This document shows positions 48,326 through 58,373 of a DNA stretch of 64,000 nt, piece after piece. Numbering within the stretch: the stretch's first letter is position 1; each line of letters begins with the position of its first letter. The notes under the pieces were generated by a model. It did no database searches and had not been told where the DNA came from. It saw only the letters and a program-made list of their open reading frames with translations. Source of the DNA: Nitrospirota bacterium (lineage in GTDB: Bacteria; Nitrospirota; Thermodesulfovibrionia; Thermodesulfovibrionales; Dissulfurispiraceae); the NCBI GenBank assembly GCA_040754455.1, contig JBFMCP010000002.1, positions 1 to 64,000 on the forward strand, given 5' to 3'. Made by a program: the position numbers and the translations under genes.

Positions 48326-49408
48326 TTAGCTCTGGAGTAGCGGAGGGGTCTTCCCTATGAGCTGTACTTCAGGGGCGAGCAATATTCCGAACTCCCCTTT
48401 CACTCTCTCCTGAACCCGCCGTGCAAAGACGATGACTTCCTCGGCTGTTGCGGCATCATAGTTGACAATGGCGAGGGTATGTCGGGGTGATATGCCCACA
48501 TTCCCCTTACGGTATCCGCGCATGAATCCGGCGGACTGAATGAGAAAGGCGGCAGAGACTTTTACTTCACCCGAAGCCTGCGGCCACGCCCAGTTTTGTG
48601 GACTCTCTGTGTTCCGTAGCGCTGCTTTGAGATGCTCGTAGTGCTCCGAAGAGATGATGGGATTCTTGAAGAATGATCCGGCGCTCTTCAGTCGGTCATA
48701 ACCATCGAGCACGAGCAGCCCTTTCGTGTTTCTGATGGTGAGGACCGCCTCGCGTACCTGGGAGAGCGTGACACCGGTTGCGCCGGCAAAATGATTTTTC
48801 AGGTCATGGTAGGTGATATGCGGGGGCGCGTTTCTATTGAGGGTGAAGGCCACCCTAGTGATGAGATACCGTCCGGCAGCCGTCGAGTTGAAGATGCTTT
48901 TCCGGTAAGCAAACCGGCATGTCTCCTTGGTAAAGAGCGTTTTCTCGCCTGTCCGTGCATCGAAAGCATGGACTTCGTCAACAATATCATCGGCGCTCTG
49001 TCCGTAGGCGCCTATGTTCTGTACCGGCGCAGCGCCCACGGTGCCTGGAACGCCCGAGAGGCATTCTGCTCCCTGCCAATTGTTATCAACACAGAGCTTT
49101 GTGAAGGCGTCCCAGTCTTCGCCTGCACCTGCAGTCACCGTAACTTTTTCGTTATGTATACGATGCGCGAGCCCTTTTATCCTGTTGAGAATGACGAGCC
49201 CCGGGAATCCATCATCGCTTATCAGGATATTGCTTCCGCCTCCGAGGATAAAGAGATCGGCACTGTATTTGGCAGCGAAGGAAAGAGCCTCCTGCGCCTC
49301 ATCTTCCGTAGTAATGACTGCGAAATAGCGGGCCGGCCCGCCGATGTTGAAGGTGGTCAACTCCTTGAGCGGATAATGTTCCTTTATTTCTAAACGAGAG
49401 GTCTTCAT
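48326..49408 (-). CDS. murB: UDP-N-acetylenolpyruvoylglucosamine reductase
   Basis: TTFNIGG, GGGSN, PGTVGAAPVQNIGAYG, SAGSFFKNP and HTLAIVN motifs. Confidence 0.96.
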   Translation of the reverse strand: MKTSRLEIKEHYPLKELTTFNIGGPARYFAVITTEDEAQEALSFAAKYSADLFILGGGSNILISDDGFPGLVILNRIKGLAHRIHNEKVTVTAGAGEDWDAFTKLCVDNNWQGAECLSGVPGTVGAAPVQNIGAYGQSADDIVDEVHAFDARTGEKTLFTKETCRFAYRKSIFNSTAAGRYLITRVAFTLNRNAPPHITYHDLKNHFAGATGVTLSQVREAVLTIRNTKGLLVLDGYDRLKSAGSFFKNPIISSEHYEHLKAALRNTESPQNWAWPQASGEVKVSAAFLIQSAGFMRGYRKGNVGISPRHTLAIVNYDAATAEEVIVFARRVQERVKGEFGILLAPEVQLIGKTPPLLQS

Positions 49409-49450
49409 AATCAGCTTATTATACCATTACAAATCTGAACAAGACGAAAA

Positions 49451-49523
49451 GCGCATAGAGCATAGAGGTTACTGCCATATTCCTGAATATAAACTTTTCC
49501 CCTTTGCCCTATGCTCTTTGCCC
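49451..49523. repeat. heptamer-period inverted arrays between divergent murB and hisG
   Basis: GCGCATA GAGCATA GAGGTTA ... TTTGCCC TATGCTC TTTGCCC. Confidence 0.65.
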
Positions 49524-49634
49524 GATAGCCGGGGACACGCATTGACACGGTATTTTACAAACCTATACAATAATTGATTCAAAATTATGACGAAAAAAAA
49601 CAAAAAATAGGAACCAAGTGAGGGTACACGCATC

Positions 49635-50519
49635 ATGAATGGCAAGAAGAATACGCTGAAACTCGGACTTCCCAAGGGCAGTCTCCAGGAATCGACGCTC
49701 AAGCTTTTCAGGAAGGCGGGATACCATATCAGTGTTTCTTCCCGCTCGTACTACCCTGTATTCGATGATCAGGAGATAGGCTCTATGCTCATCAGGGCCC
49801 AGGAAATGGCGCGGTATGTCGAGGACGGACATCTCGATTGCGGCCTGACCGGAAAGGACTGGATCCTCGAGCAGAATGCCGATGTGGTCGAAGTAGCCGA
49901 GCTCCGTTATGCAAAAGAAGGTTTTAGGCCGGTGCGCTGGGTGATCGCGGTGCCCAATGATTCGAAGATAAAGACCATAAAGGACCTCCAGGGCAAGCGC
50001 ATTGCCACCGAGCTTGTCGGCTATACCAAACGTTACCTTATGTCGAAGGGGATCAAGGCCGAGGTCGATTTCTCTTGGGGGGCGACAGAGGTGAAGCCTC
50101 CCCACCTTGCGGATGCTATTGTCGAGCTTACCGAGACGGGCAATTCATTGAGAGCAAATAACCTGAGGATCGTCGAGACGATGATCGAGTCCACGACGCG
50201 CTTCATCGCGAACAAGAGGGCGTGGCAGGATAAGTGGAAGCGGCAGAAGATGGAGAATCTCGCACTGCTGCTCCAAGGAGCGCTGGCTGCCGAAGAGAAG
50301 GTGGGGCTCAAGATGAATGTGCCCGAGAAGGCCTTCAAGAAGGTCTTGAGCCTGCTCTCGGCGATGCACTCCCCGACGATCTCCTCTCTTACCGATACCG
50401 GATGGTATGCTGTTGATGTTATTACTGACGAGAGGACGGTCCGGGATATAATCCCGAAACTGAAAGGCGCCGGCGCATCCGGCATCGTCGAGTATCCGTT
50501 GAACAAGGTAATCCCATAA
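49635..50519 (+). CDS. hisG: ATP phosphoribosyltransferase (long form)
   Basis: [26 protein letters not shown] and a C-terminal regulatory domain; upstream TTGACA-18-TACAAT. Confidence 0.96.
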   Translation: MNGKKNTLKLGLPKGSLQESTLKLFRKAGYHISVSSRSYYPVFDDQEIGSMLIRAQEMARYVEDGHLDCGLTGKDWILEQNADVVEVAELRYAKEGFRPVRWVIAVPNDSKIKTIKDLQGKRIATELVGYTKRYLMSKGIKAEVDFSWGATEVKPPHLADAIVELTETGNSLRANNLRIVETMIESTTRFIANKRAWQDKWKRQKMENLALLLQGALAAEEKVGLKMNVPEKAFKKVLSLLSAMHSPTISSLTDTGWYAVDVITDERTVRDIIPKLKGAGASGIVEYPLNKVIP

Positions 50520-50572
50520 AGAGACGGTACAGCGTCGGGTGTCGTGCGCTCAGCGCTTGACGCGATAACGCA

Positions 50573-51478
50573 ATGGACACAATAAACGCATATAGCATAA
50601 AAGTCCCCGTCTTCGAGGGCCCTCTCGATCTCCTTCTGCATCTCATCAAGCAGGACAAGATCGATATCTACGATATCCCCATTTCCCATATTACCCGGCA
50701 ATATCTCGAATATATCGAGATGATGAAGGAGCTCAATCTCGAAATCGCTTCCGAATTCCTCGTGATGGCGGCAACGCTTATCTATATCAAATCACGCATG
50801 CTCCTCCCTCCTGATGAGACGATCGAGACCGAGGCGCAGGAAGACCCGCGGGCAGGTCTTGTCCAGAGGCTTCTCGAATACCAGGCGATCAAGGAGGCAT
50901 CCGCCTCCCTGAAAGAGAGGGAAGCGATCTGGACAAATATCCTCTCGAAAGAGCCGATGAAGGACGAAGACCTCATGGCCGGTGAGGGAACGGAACTGCT
51001 GCTCTTCGAGGTGAATCTCTTTGATCTCCTCGGCGCTCTGCAAAAGATCATCAAGAAGGCGCCGACCGAGGCGATAACGATTACGAAAGCGACGCTTACC
51101 GTCAAGGATAAAATTGCGCTCATCCTCGAAAAGATGGAGACGGAGCACACCATGCGTTTTGACGCCCTCTTCGAGGAGGACAGGACAAAGGTGCAGATCA
51201 TCGTCACCTTCCTCGCCCTTCTCGAACTCCTGCGGCTGAAGCTGATGCGGGCGTACCAAGACAAAGAGTTCGGCGTCATATGGATCATGCGGCAGCAGGA
51301 TGATATCTCACCAGCAGGGGACCACCACACGCAGGTTGTCGATGAGCAGGAATCCCGCGCCACGGAACCTGTCTCGGCTGATATCGCCTCGGAGGATTCT
51401 GAGAGCCGGGAATACACCGGGAGCAATAACGGCAATGGCGACGTAGCGCCTGAATCCTCCAATGGAGACGTCCTTTAG
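50573..51478 (+). CDS. scpA: segregation and condensation protein A (kleisin)
   Basis: FEGPLDLLLHLI, EFLVMAATL..IKSRMLLP and FLALLEL motifs; acidic C-terminal tail. Confidence 0.94.
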   Translation: MDTINAYSIKVPVFEGPLDLLLHLIKQDKIDIYDIPISHITRQYLEYIEMMKELNLEIASEFLVMAATLIYIKSRMLLPPDETIETEAQEDPRAGLVQRLLEYQAIKEASASLKEREAIWTNILSKEPMKDEDLMAGEGTELLLFEVNLFDLLGALQKIIKKAPTEAITITKATLTVKDKIALILEKMETEHTMRFDALFEEDRTKVQIIVTFLALLELLRLKLMRAYQDKEFGVIWIMRQQDDISPAGDHHTQVVDEQESRATEPVSADIASEDSESREYTGSNNGNGDVAPESSNGDVL

Positions 51479-51609
51479 GGCCTTTTCCCCTACAAAGGTC
51501 CCTGCGAAGGCAGCGGACGTTGTCAGAAGAAGCAGCGCATTCAAATAGTATAGTAAATGGAGAGGAAGCGGGATGGAGGGGCGGAACATAGTCCGCCCCT
51601 CGTGTGGTG

Positions 51610-53553
51610 TTATTTCTGCGGTGCTGCTTCGGCCTTTTGCGGAAGCTGATCGACATTGTGGCACGTGCCGCAGGCATTGGTGTAAGGGATCGGCATTGCT
51701 TTGCCCGGCTCGACGCCTTTGACGCCGACATTGTTCTTCCGTGGCACATCGAAGATGTGGGAAGTAATATCGTTCATCCAGTAATTTTTGCCATCGCTCG
51801 TACCACGGCCTTTGCCGAGCCCTGCGCCGGTCTGCATGGTCTTCGGATTGTGGCAATCGACGCAGTGGATCTTCATGCCGTGCTCCACCCCCACTGCTTT
51901 GGCAGTGTGCGCCTTTATATTTGCATGGTCCTTATGGCAGCTGGTACAGAGGGTATTCTTCTCATCCCGTATCGGTTTCCTCAACTGATGTTTCACTTCA
52001 GTCATGCCGTGAGGATCGTGGCAGTCGGCGCAGGTCATGATCTGATCACCGTTGAGGTATTTTATTGATCTCACGAGATCGGTGCCCTGCTGATGGTGCG
52101 ATTTCGAGTGGATGCCGTCGGGCCAGTAGTCTTTCTGCGCTGCATCTTCTCTTGTGGTGTGATAGGTCAGATAGTCGTTTCTGCTGGTGCCGGGAATCAG
52201 CATTTTGTATTTCTCGTCGAGGGGAGGATCGGACTTCAGATATCCCTGCGGCCTGCTGTGGCACTGGTTGCAGATGACCATGGAACGCTCGGCGGCGAGT
52301 TTGCCCGGGTTGACAATAGTGGCAGCTTTCTTTGTTTTCGGCGCTGACACATGCTGCGACCCCGGTCCGTGGCAGACCTCGCAGCCGATATTCAGCTCAT
52401 TTGGAATGCCGTCGCCGTTGATGTCCGCTTCGCCGTTAGGATCATTCACCGCGTGGGTAGTAAAGCCACCTTCTCCGGAAGGCGTAAGAAAATAGCCGGT
52501 GTAGTGGCATGCGGCACACTCAACCTCGAAGGATTTTTTCTTCGGGGGGTCGGTCAGCTTCTTGGTCTCTTCATTGAAGAGCCAGTCGGCATGGTAATCT
52601 CTCCAGGGCTTCCTGGTGCGGTCATTGTAGCTCCAGTCGCCGGTGGGATTGAACTGGAGGAAGGGGAAATGGACATTGCCGACCTTGAAGAGATAGCGCT
52701 GTTTGTAGAGCCCGCCGCCATAAGTCATCACAACGGGATACGTCCGGGGGGTATCAGAGGGATCTTTCATGTTTTCGGTTTTGAATTTCAACGTACCGTC
52801 TTTGTCCTTGAAGAATGTGGCAGTGAAGCTGACGGTTGTAGGATCAGAGGGGGCCTTATCAGAAACCTGATATTTATCGAAGCCTCTCCCTTTGTCGAAA
52901 CCGTAGAAATAAAATTTCATTCCGGCCGTAAGCTTGTTCAATCCTGCATTGAAATCAGGGAACCGGGAGTAATCCTGCAGTTTGCTCGGCTTCCCGATGA
53001 CACTGATGCCGAGTTTGTGGAGCGTCTTCTTTATGGCTGCGTATTCTTTATGGCATCCGATACATTTCGTGCTGCCGACATAGGTTGCATTTTCAGGGAT
53101 CTTTCCGGAGAGAAGGATCTTGACCGGTTTCCCGGTGAATTCGGAAGTTGCCATTGCTTTGTCTGCAATAGTGCCGCCGGGCAAATGTTCGTCGTCAGAC
53201 GGCTCGACGTAGATAAAGTACTTGCCATCCTCGATTTTTGCGATGGTAAAATTGCCTTTTTTATCGGTGGTCGCCTTCCGGTAGTTGTCCCTGTTTCTGG
53301 CGAGGAGGTCCTCATGGGGCTCGTCAATGGGTGAATCCCTTTTGATTTCCGGGACTCTTTTTGCCATGGCCTTCACGTCTGCAGCCGGAATAAGATACAC
53401 CGTTGCTTTCTGAATCGCCTGCCCCGATCCGTCCTGCACTGTCCCTTTCAATGTACCAGCACCTGCCTTTTTAGTCTCAGACTGCACACTGTACGCTGTA
53501 AGTCCGAGCACGCAAAACACAACAAGAACCATCAGTAAGATACGCCGGCTCAT
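51610..53553 (-). CDS. exported octaheme cytochrome c with an N-terminal carboxypeptidase-regulatory-like beta domain
   Basis: Sec signal; eight CxxCH motifs (CIGCH, CAACH, CEVCH, CNQCH, CADCH, CTSCH, CVDCH, CGTCH). Confidence 0.9.
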   Translation of the reverse strand: MSRRILLMVLVVFCVLGLTAYSVQSETKKAGAGTLKGTVQDGSGQAIQKATVYLIPAADVKAMAKRVPEIKRDSPIDEPHEDLLARNRDNYRKATTDKKGNFTIAKIEDGKYFIYVEPSDDEHLPGGTIADKAMATSEFTGKPVKILLSGKIPENATYVGSTKCIGCHKEYAAIKKTLHKLGISVIGKPSKLQDYSRFPDFNAGLNKLTAGMKFYFYGFDKGRGFDKYQVSDKAPSDPTTVSFTATFFKDKDGTLKFKTENMKDPSDTPRTYPVVMTYGGGLYKQRYLFKVGNVHFPFLQFNPTGDWSYNDRTRKPWRDYHADWLFNEETKKLTDPPKKKSFEVECAACHYTGYFLTPSGEGGFTTHAVNDPNGEADINGDGIPNELNIGCEVCHGPGSQHVSAPKTKKAATIVNPGKLAAERSMVICNQCHSRPQGYLKSDPPLDEKYKMLIPGTSRNDYLTYHTTREDAAQKDYWPDGIHSKSHHQQGTDLVRSIKYLNGDQIMTCADCHDPHGMTEVKHQLRKPIRDEKNTLCTSCHKDHANIKAHTAKAVGVEHGMKIHCVDCHNPKTMQTGAGLGKGRGTSDGKNYWMNDITSHIFDVPRKNNVGVKGVEPGKAMPIPYTNACGTCHNVDQLPQKAEAAPQK

Positions 53554-53795
53554 CTTTCAACCTCCTTGTGAAGTGGTGTCGGTTATTACGGCAAGCCGAT
53601 ATAACCTCTGGAGAACTTCCCTTGTAAAAGCATCTTATCACATATTTTATTGAATTTACAGAGGTGGACGGCAAGGGGGCAAAAAAGCTTTGCAGAAATG
53701 CCGGGAAGTGCGACCTTATCAAACGGAATAAACACGGCGTTGAGGTCCTCCCCATCTTGTACCGAGCAGGGAGAAGTGAACGCAGTGTGGAAAAC

Positions 53796-54899
53796 CTAGG
53801 CGATCCTCTCGTATTGCATTGCAGCAAGGACACGCTCTCGGGCCAGTATCTCTGCAGCCTGACGCGGGAGTATCCCCTCGCTTGAGGATTTTTCGAGCAT
53901 CAAACGGGTATTTTTCCTGATGCGTTCTGCTATGGCCTCGAAGGCCTCTCTCTCGGTTTTCCTCGCGTACTCCATTGCCGCCATGATGACGCCGCCGGCA
54001 TTGGCAATAAAATCAGGAACAGAAAGGACGCCTCTTCGGTGAAGGATCTCTTCGGCCTCTTCCGTCACCGGGATATTGGCGCCTTCCAATAGCAGCTTTG
54101 CTTTGATGTCATCGACGTTGTCCTTATTGATGACATCCGGCCGTGCGGCAGGGATGAGGATATCGCAGTGTTCGGCAAAGAGGTCTGCCATTTTTTTAAC
54201 GGTGCCGGGCTTGTAGTTGATGACGCTTCCGGTTGTGCTTTTGATTTCGATCAGCTTTTTTACATCAAGACCGTAGGGATCGCTGATCGTACCTTTCGTA
54301 TCGCTCACCGCGACAATGACAGCACCACGTTCCGAGAGGAACCGTGCCGCCATTTTGCCTACACTCCCGAACCCCTCAATAGCGACCTTTGCTCCGGCGA
54401 GGGGCATGCTGATATGCCGGCAGGCGACTTCCGCGCACTCCGCGACCCCGAAGCCCGTCGCCCCAAGCTTATCCAGCGGCAGCCCTCCCAGCTCCTCGGG
54501 AAGGCCGGATGCCCTGCCGATTTCATCATGTATCCATGCCATGCAGGCTTCGTTGCTTCCCATGTCGGGGCCGGGAATATATTCGTGAAGCTCCTTTATT
54601 GCCAGGGCGAATACCCTGAAGCAGTGCTCTTTCCTGGGATCAGAAGGGGGAATCAGTATTGCGGCCTTTCCGCCGCCGTGGGGCAGTCCTGCGATGGAGT
54701 TTTTCATTGTCATCGTACGGGCAAGCCGTTTCACTTCTTCGAGCGTGACGTCGGCAGCGACCCTGACCCCACCGATCGCAGGACCGAGGGCAATATTATC
54801 AATAACGACGATGGCGTGGAAATCGGTTACGGGAAAGAAGAGCTGAATGACTTTGTACGGTCCGATCTCGGTGATCTCCTTTTTTATGGTGTTGCGCAT
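53796..54899 (-). CDS. Glu/Leu/Phe/Val dehydrogenase
   Basis: GPAIGGVR, MTMK, GGGK, PGPDMG, GFGSVG, EGAN and PDFIANAGG motifs; ATG at 54899 with GAGGAGG RBS. Confidence 0.93.
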   Translation of the reverse strand: MRNTIKKEITEIGPYKVIQLFFPVTDFHAIVVIDNIALGPAIGGVRVAADVTLEEVKRLARTMTMKNSIAGLPHGGGKAAILIPPSDPRKEHCFRVFALAIKELHEYIPGPDMGSNEACMAWIHDEIGRASGLPEELGGLPLDKLGATGFGVAECAEVACRHISMPLAGAKVAIEGFGSVGKMAARFLSERGAVIVAVSDTKGTISDPYGLDVKKLIEIKSTTGSVINYKPGTVKKMADLFAEHCDILIPAARPDVINKDNVDDIKAKLLLEGANIPVTEEAEEILHRRGVLSVPDFIANAGGVIMAAMEYARKTEREAFEAIAERIRKNTRLMLEKSSSEGILPRQAAEILARERVLAAMQYERIA

Positions 54900-55034
54900 A
54901 GCCTCCTCAATGACGGACAGGTAATTTTCCCCTAACGGTGAGTTCGTTCCATTAGTATTATATCCTACTTTGCCTTGTTCATATAGTTGCATATGCTCTC
55001 TCGACAGCATAGAATGGTAAGTAAAGGACGGGCT

Positions 55035-55574
55035 ATGAATACCGGACATTTGAGGAAAGAGGAACGATCTTCCAGAGCAGCCATCGCTGTTTTCCTGCTA
55101 TTCTTGTACGGCTGTGCGCCGGTGCTTTATGAAACCACAGCGCCGGCGAAGAAAGAGTACGGCCCGGAGCGGCGCGTTATCGAGCTGATCAATGAGGCGC
55201 GGGCAAAAGGCAGGAAATGCGGAAGCAAGTACTACAAGGCAGTACAGCCTCTTGTCTGGAATGATCTGCTCGGGAAGGCGGCGCTGCACCATGCCTCGGA
55301 TATGGCGCGCAGCGGCTTTCTGGGCCATACAGGCTCTGACGGCAGCACCCCCGGCACACGGCTTTCGAAACTCGGGTATGCGTGGAGCATCTACGGGGAA
55401 AATGTAGGGCAGGGCGCCACCTCTGCTGAAAAGGCAGTACAGGGCTGGCTGGAGAGCGAGAAGCATTGCCAGAATGTCATGAATCCGGAATTCAGAGAGG
55501 CCGGCGCTGCCTCGGCAAAGAGCAGCAGTCTCAGGTCCTACTGGACCGTGGTCTTCGGAACTCGGGGCCGATAA
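55035..55574 (+). CDS. CAP/SCP-domain lipoprotein
   Basis: Lipobox LYGC; INEAR, HASDMA, HTGSDG, GENV and WLESEKHCQNVM motifs. Confidence 0.88.
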   Translation: MNTGHLRKEERSSRAAIAVFLLFLYGCAPVLYETTAPAKKEYGPERRVIELINEARAKGRKCGSKYYKAVQPLVWNDLLGKAALHHASDMARSGFLGHTGSDGSTPGTRLSKLGYAWSIYGENVGQGATSAEKAVQGWLESEKHCQNVMNPEFREAGAASAKSSSLRSYWTVVFGTRGR

Positions 55575-55727
55575 GGGCTATTTGAAGAACTCTTCTATCC
55601 CAACCATTCGGGGTTATGTGAGGTGCTGTCGAAGACCGTGTTGGTTTTGTAAAGCTCATACCTCCCGTTCTTCGCCGCCTCCGCAGTTTTTGCAAGCAGT
55701 GCTGCGACCTGCGCTCCATCCATCGGC

Positions 55728-55934
55728 CTAGAGCGTTGCACCGCTGTTCATTATGAGGAGAATAACAGTATCCGTAACTCCTTCGACATTCCTGAGATCA
55801 TCCCAGCTTTTGAAGGGGCCGTTCAGCTCGCGGTAGTTGATGATATCGTCCGCCAGATCAGGCCCCAGGCCGAGTGTTACGTCCAATTCTTCCCTGCTCG
55901 CGGTGTTGATGTTTACCTGAACGCGCGTCGCCAT
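55728..55934 (-). CDS. ComEA-like helix-hairpin-helix protein (68 aa)
   Basis: VNINTASREEL...GLG...IINYRELNGPFKSWDDL..VEGV; AAGGAGG RBS. Confidence 0.85.
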   Translation of the reverse strand: MATRVQVNINTASREELDVTLGLGPDLADDIINYRELNGPFKSWDDLRNVEGVTDTVILLIMNSGATL

Positions 55935-56101
55935 CGCAACCTCCTTGCATATTCTAAGACACATTCGGTTTGTTTTCTCGGCGCCTCTGCGTGGTACTCG
56001 AAAAGCTGCCCCGTGCCTAACCCAAGTATGACAGATACATAAACGGTGTCAAGTAGAGGATGCGCACACGTGTGATTGAAAGGGGGGATGCCCGAGCTGA
56101 G

Positions 56102-56878
56102 CTATATATGTATCCATGCACGATGTTTGCGCCATTGCACATCAACAGAGGTGTTGAAAAAAGACGAAAGGTTTGCTGCGGTAAGGACTTTGCTTATCTC
56201 GCCCGCTGAATGGACTTCTCCCTGACGTAGCAGCAGTGTATGGGTGAAGACCGGCAGTATTTCCTCAATGTGATGTGAGACATAGAGCATCGTCGGCGCA
56301 GAGGCCTGGCCGCCCAGTGTCTCAATCGCAGACAGAATGTGCTCTCTCGAAAAGATATCCAGTCCGATACATGGCTCATCCATGATCAGCAGTCGTGGAG
56401 CATTTATGAGCGCCCGTGCGATGAGGACCTTTTGCTTTTCCCCTTGCGACAATTCGATGTACGGCTGCTTTGCAGCATGACCGCACTTCAGCTGTTCCAG
56501 AAGAGACAGGGCTCTTTCAGCATCTGTCGCTTCTGGCCTGTCATAAAGTCCAATGGTGGCAAACATCCCGCTCAGCACAATCTCTTCAGCAGTCTCGGTC
56601 GTATAGAACCTTTCCTGGAGCGCAGAACTGATGAATCCGATTTCCCGGCGCAACTTCCGCCAGTCATAGGAGCCATACTGCTTGCCAAGCACGTGCATCT
56701 CACCTGCCGACAGGGTTGCATAGCCGTTAAGCAGCTGTAAAAGGGTTGTCTTGCCTGAGCCGTTCAACCCGATAATGGCCCAATGCTCACCAGGAGAAAC
56801 ACACCAGTTGATGTTGCGCAAGATATGCTTCCTGCCAGATATGCAGGAAACGTTTTTCAGATGGACGATTGTCTGCAT
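56102..56878 (-). CDS. ABC ATP-binding protein (ModF/YlmA-like)
   Basis: GLNGSGKT, LSQGEKQ, IMDEP and VSHH motifs; likely start MQTIVHL at 56878. Confidence 0.9.
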   Translation of the reverse strand: MQTIVHLKNVSCISGRKHILRNINWCVSPGEHWAIIGLNGSGKTTLLQLLNGYATLSAGEMHVLGKQYGSYDWRKLRREIGFISSALQERFYTTETAEEIVLSGMFATIGLYDRPEATDAERALSLLEQLKCGHAAKQPYIELSQGEKQKVLIARALINAPRLLIMDEPCIGLDIFSREHILSAIETLGGQASAPTMLYVSHHIEEILPVFTHTLLLRQGEVHSAGEISKVLTAANLSSFFNTSVDVQWRKHRAWIHI

Positions 56879-57055
56879 GCTTTTAAAATAATGGCAGGTT
56901 GGCCTGCAAGTCAATGTCTCGGCAGTAAGACACAGCGTAATTACGCTTAAATAAAAAGTCTCCGAAGATAAAACGAGGCTCTTCAGTGTTGATGCAAAGT
57001 ATGGAGAAGGGTCTTCATCTGAGAGAAAAGTTCCGGGAGAAAAGTTTGGTAAATT

Positions 57056-57099
57056 TGGTGGTCCCAACGGGAGTCGAACCCGTGTTTTAGCCTTGAGAG
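57056..57099 (-). pseudogene. 3' half of tRNA-Glu(CTC), prophage attachment site
   Basis: Minus strand CTCTCAA-GGCTA-AAAC-ACGGG-TTCGACT-CCCGT-TGGGACC-A-CCA; no matching 5' anticodon stem, D arm or 5' acceptor strand. Confidence 0.88.
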
Positions 57100-57152
57100 G
57101 CGGGTTGACCTCTATAGAAAAACAACGGAAAATTATTCTATGTACCCTTATT

Positions 57153-58373
57153 CTACCCTTCGTTAGGGGTGGCACTCTCTTTTTTCTTCATGTATTTCTT
57201 ATAGTCTAAGGTATCGATCGCGCGAGAGGAGCCGGGGACCCGGTGTGTGTATTTCATTGTTGTGGTGATACTCTCGTGGCCTGCTTGTTGCTGCACTTTA
57301 TGAGGGGGGACGCCGGAATCCATCAGGTAGCTTGTCCATGTGTGACGTAGGATGTGCAGGGTGATCCATCCGGGTAATTTGAGCTTTGCGATGAATTTCT
57401 TAAACGCTCGATAGAGCGAGTTGGGATCCATGAGCGGGGTATCATGCCTTCCGAAGAAATATTTTCCTTTACGGTTGGAGTTTTTCCGGATGACGCTCTC
57501 AATGTGCGGTACAAGATTGGGGTGTATTTCGATTTCACGGAACTTGTCGCCTTTGCCGTGGACGGTGATGAGGCCGCTGCGCAGGTCGACGTTATCGGGC
57601 TGTAGGTAGAGGAGCTCATACCGTCGCATGCCGGTGTAGATATAGGTGTAAATGATCTCTGAGAAATAACCGAAGGCGGCTTCTCCATTGTAGTTATCTA
57701 GGGCATGCATGATGATCTGCAGGTCGTCGGGATGGATCGCCCTGGGCGCGCGGGCGGGGACCTCTTTAAAGCGCTTGACGCCGGTCCGTGCGGGGTTTTC
57801 GCTGAGTATCTTTTTCCGCACAAGGTAATCGAGCATGATGCGCAGTGCGGTGATCTCTTTATTGACTGTGGATTTAGTGATAGGCGCACCTGTCTTCACG
57901 GCTTTTTGTGTGCGCCGGTGGGTGATATAGTCCTGGATGATCTGGGGGCTGTTCACTTGCCATGGGGCAATGCCTTTGTTTTTAAAATACTCTATGATCG
58001 GCTTTGTCTTATAGCTGTAGGAGGCTCGGGTGCTTTTGCTGCCTACACTATAGACGTGTTTGTCATATTCGTGTTGCAGTTTTTCCCATGTGATGCCGGC
58101 AGGATCTTCAAGATGCTTGCTCTGTGCGCGGCTGGTGAGCTTTGCTACTTCTTCGGCGTCTACTAATTTTTTATGGAGGAAGTAGACGAGCTCTTCATGG
58201 GTGAGTCGATGCTCGAGTGTGAGCACTTCGAGGCGTTTGGCATCCTGGTGGATAAGGATGGCTTTTTTTTCTTTTCGGGCATAGCGGTATTTTTCTTTTT
58301 GAGTGCCGTCGATGTAATAGAGGGTGTAGGTGATTTTGTATCCGTGCTGTTTATGTTTCCAGAGTGAGGCCAT
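57153..58373 (-). CDS. int: phage tyrosine integrase
   Basis: TGMRRYE (R), GKGDK (K), HILRH, GH and KY catalytic residues all present; 3' end about 50 bp from att. Confidence 0.93.
   Translation of the reverse strand: MASLWKHKQHGYKITYTLYYIDGTQKEKYRYARKEKKAILIHQDAKRLEVLTLEHRLTHEELVYFLHKKLVDAEEVAKLTSRAQSKHLEDPAGITWEKLQHEYDKHVYSVGSKSTRASYSYKTKPIIEYFKNKGIAPWQVNSPQIIQDYITHRRTQKAVKTGAPITKSTVNKEITALRIMLDYLVRKKILSENPARTGVKRFKEVPARAPRAIHPDDLQIIMHALDNYNGEAAFGYFSEIIYTYIYTGMRRYELLYLQPDNVDLRSGLITVHGKGDKFREIEIHPNLVPHIESVIRKNSNRKGKYFFGRHDTPLMDPNSLYRAFKKFIAKLKLPGWITLHILRHTWTSYLMDSGVPPHKVQQQAGHESITTTMKYTHRVPGSSRAIDTLDYKKYMKKKESATPNEG

Noticed and set aside
55595..55723. 42-codon minus-strand ORF (MDGAQVAALL...) after the ComEA-like gene
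   Set aside because: No RBS or recognisable motif; cannot be supported without a search
57056..57130. Intact tRNA-Glu gene
   Set aside because: Only the anticodon loop to CCA is present; upstream bases cannot form the anticodon stem, D arm or acceptor stem
56879..57175. 99-aa N-terminal extension of the ABC ATPase in the ORF track
   Set aside because: Runs through the tRNA fragment and att site; ABC similarity starts at MQTIVHL (56878)
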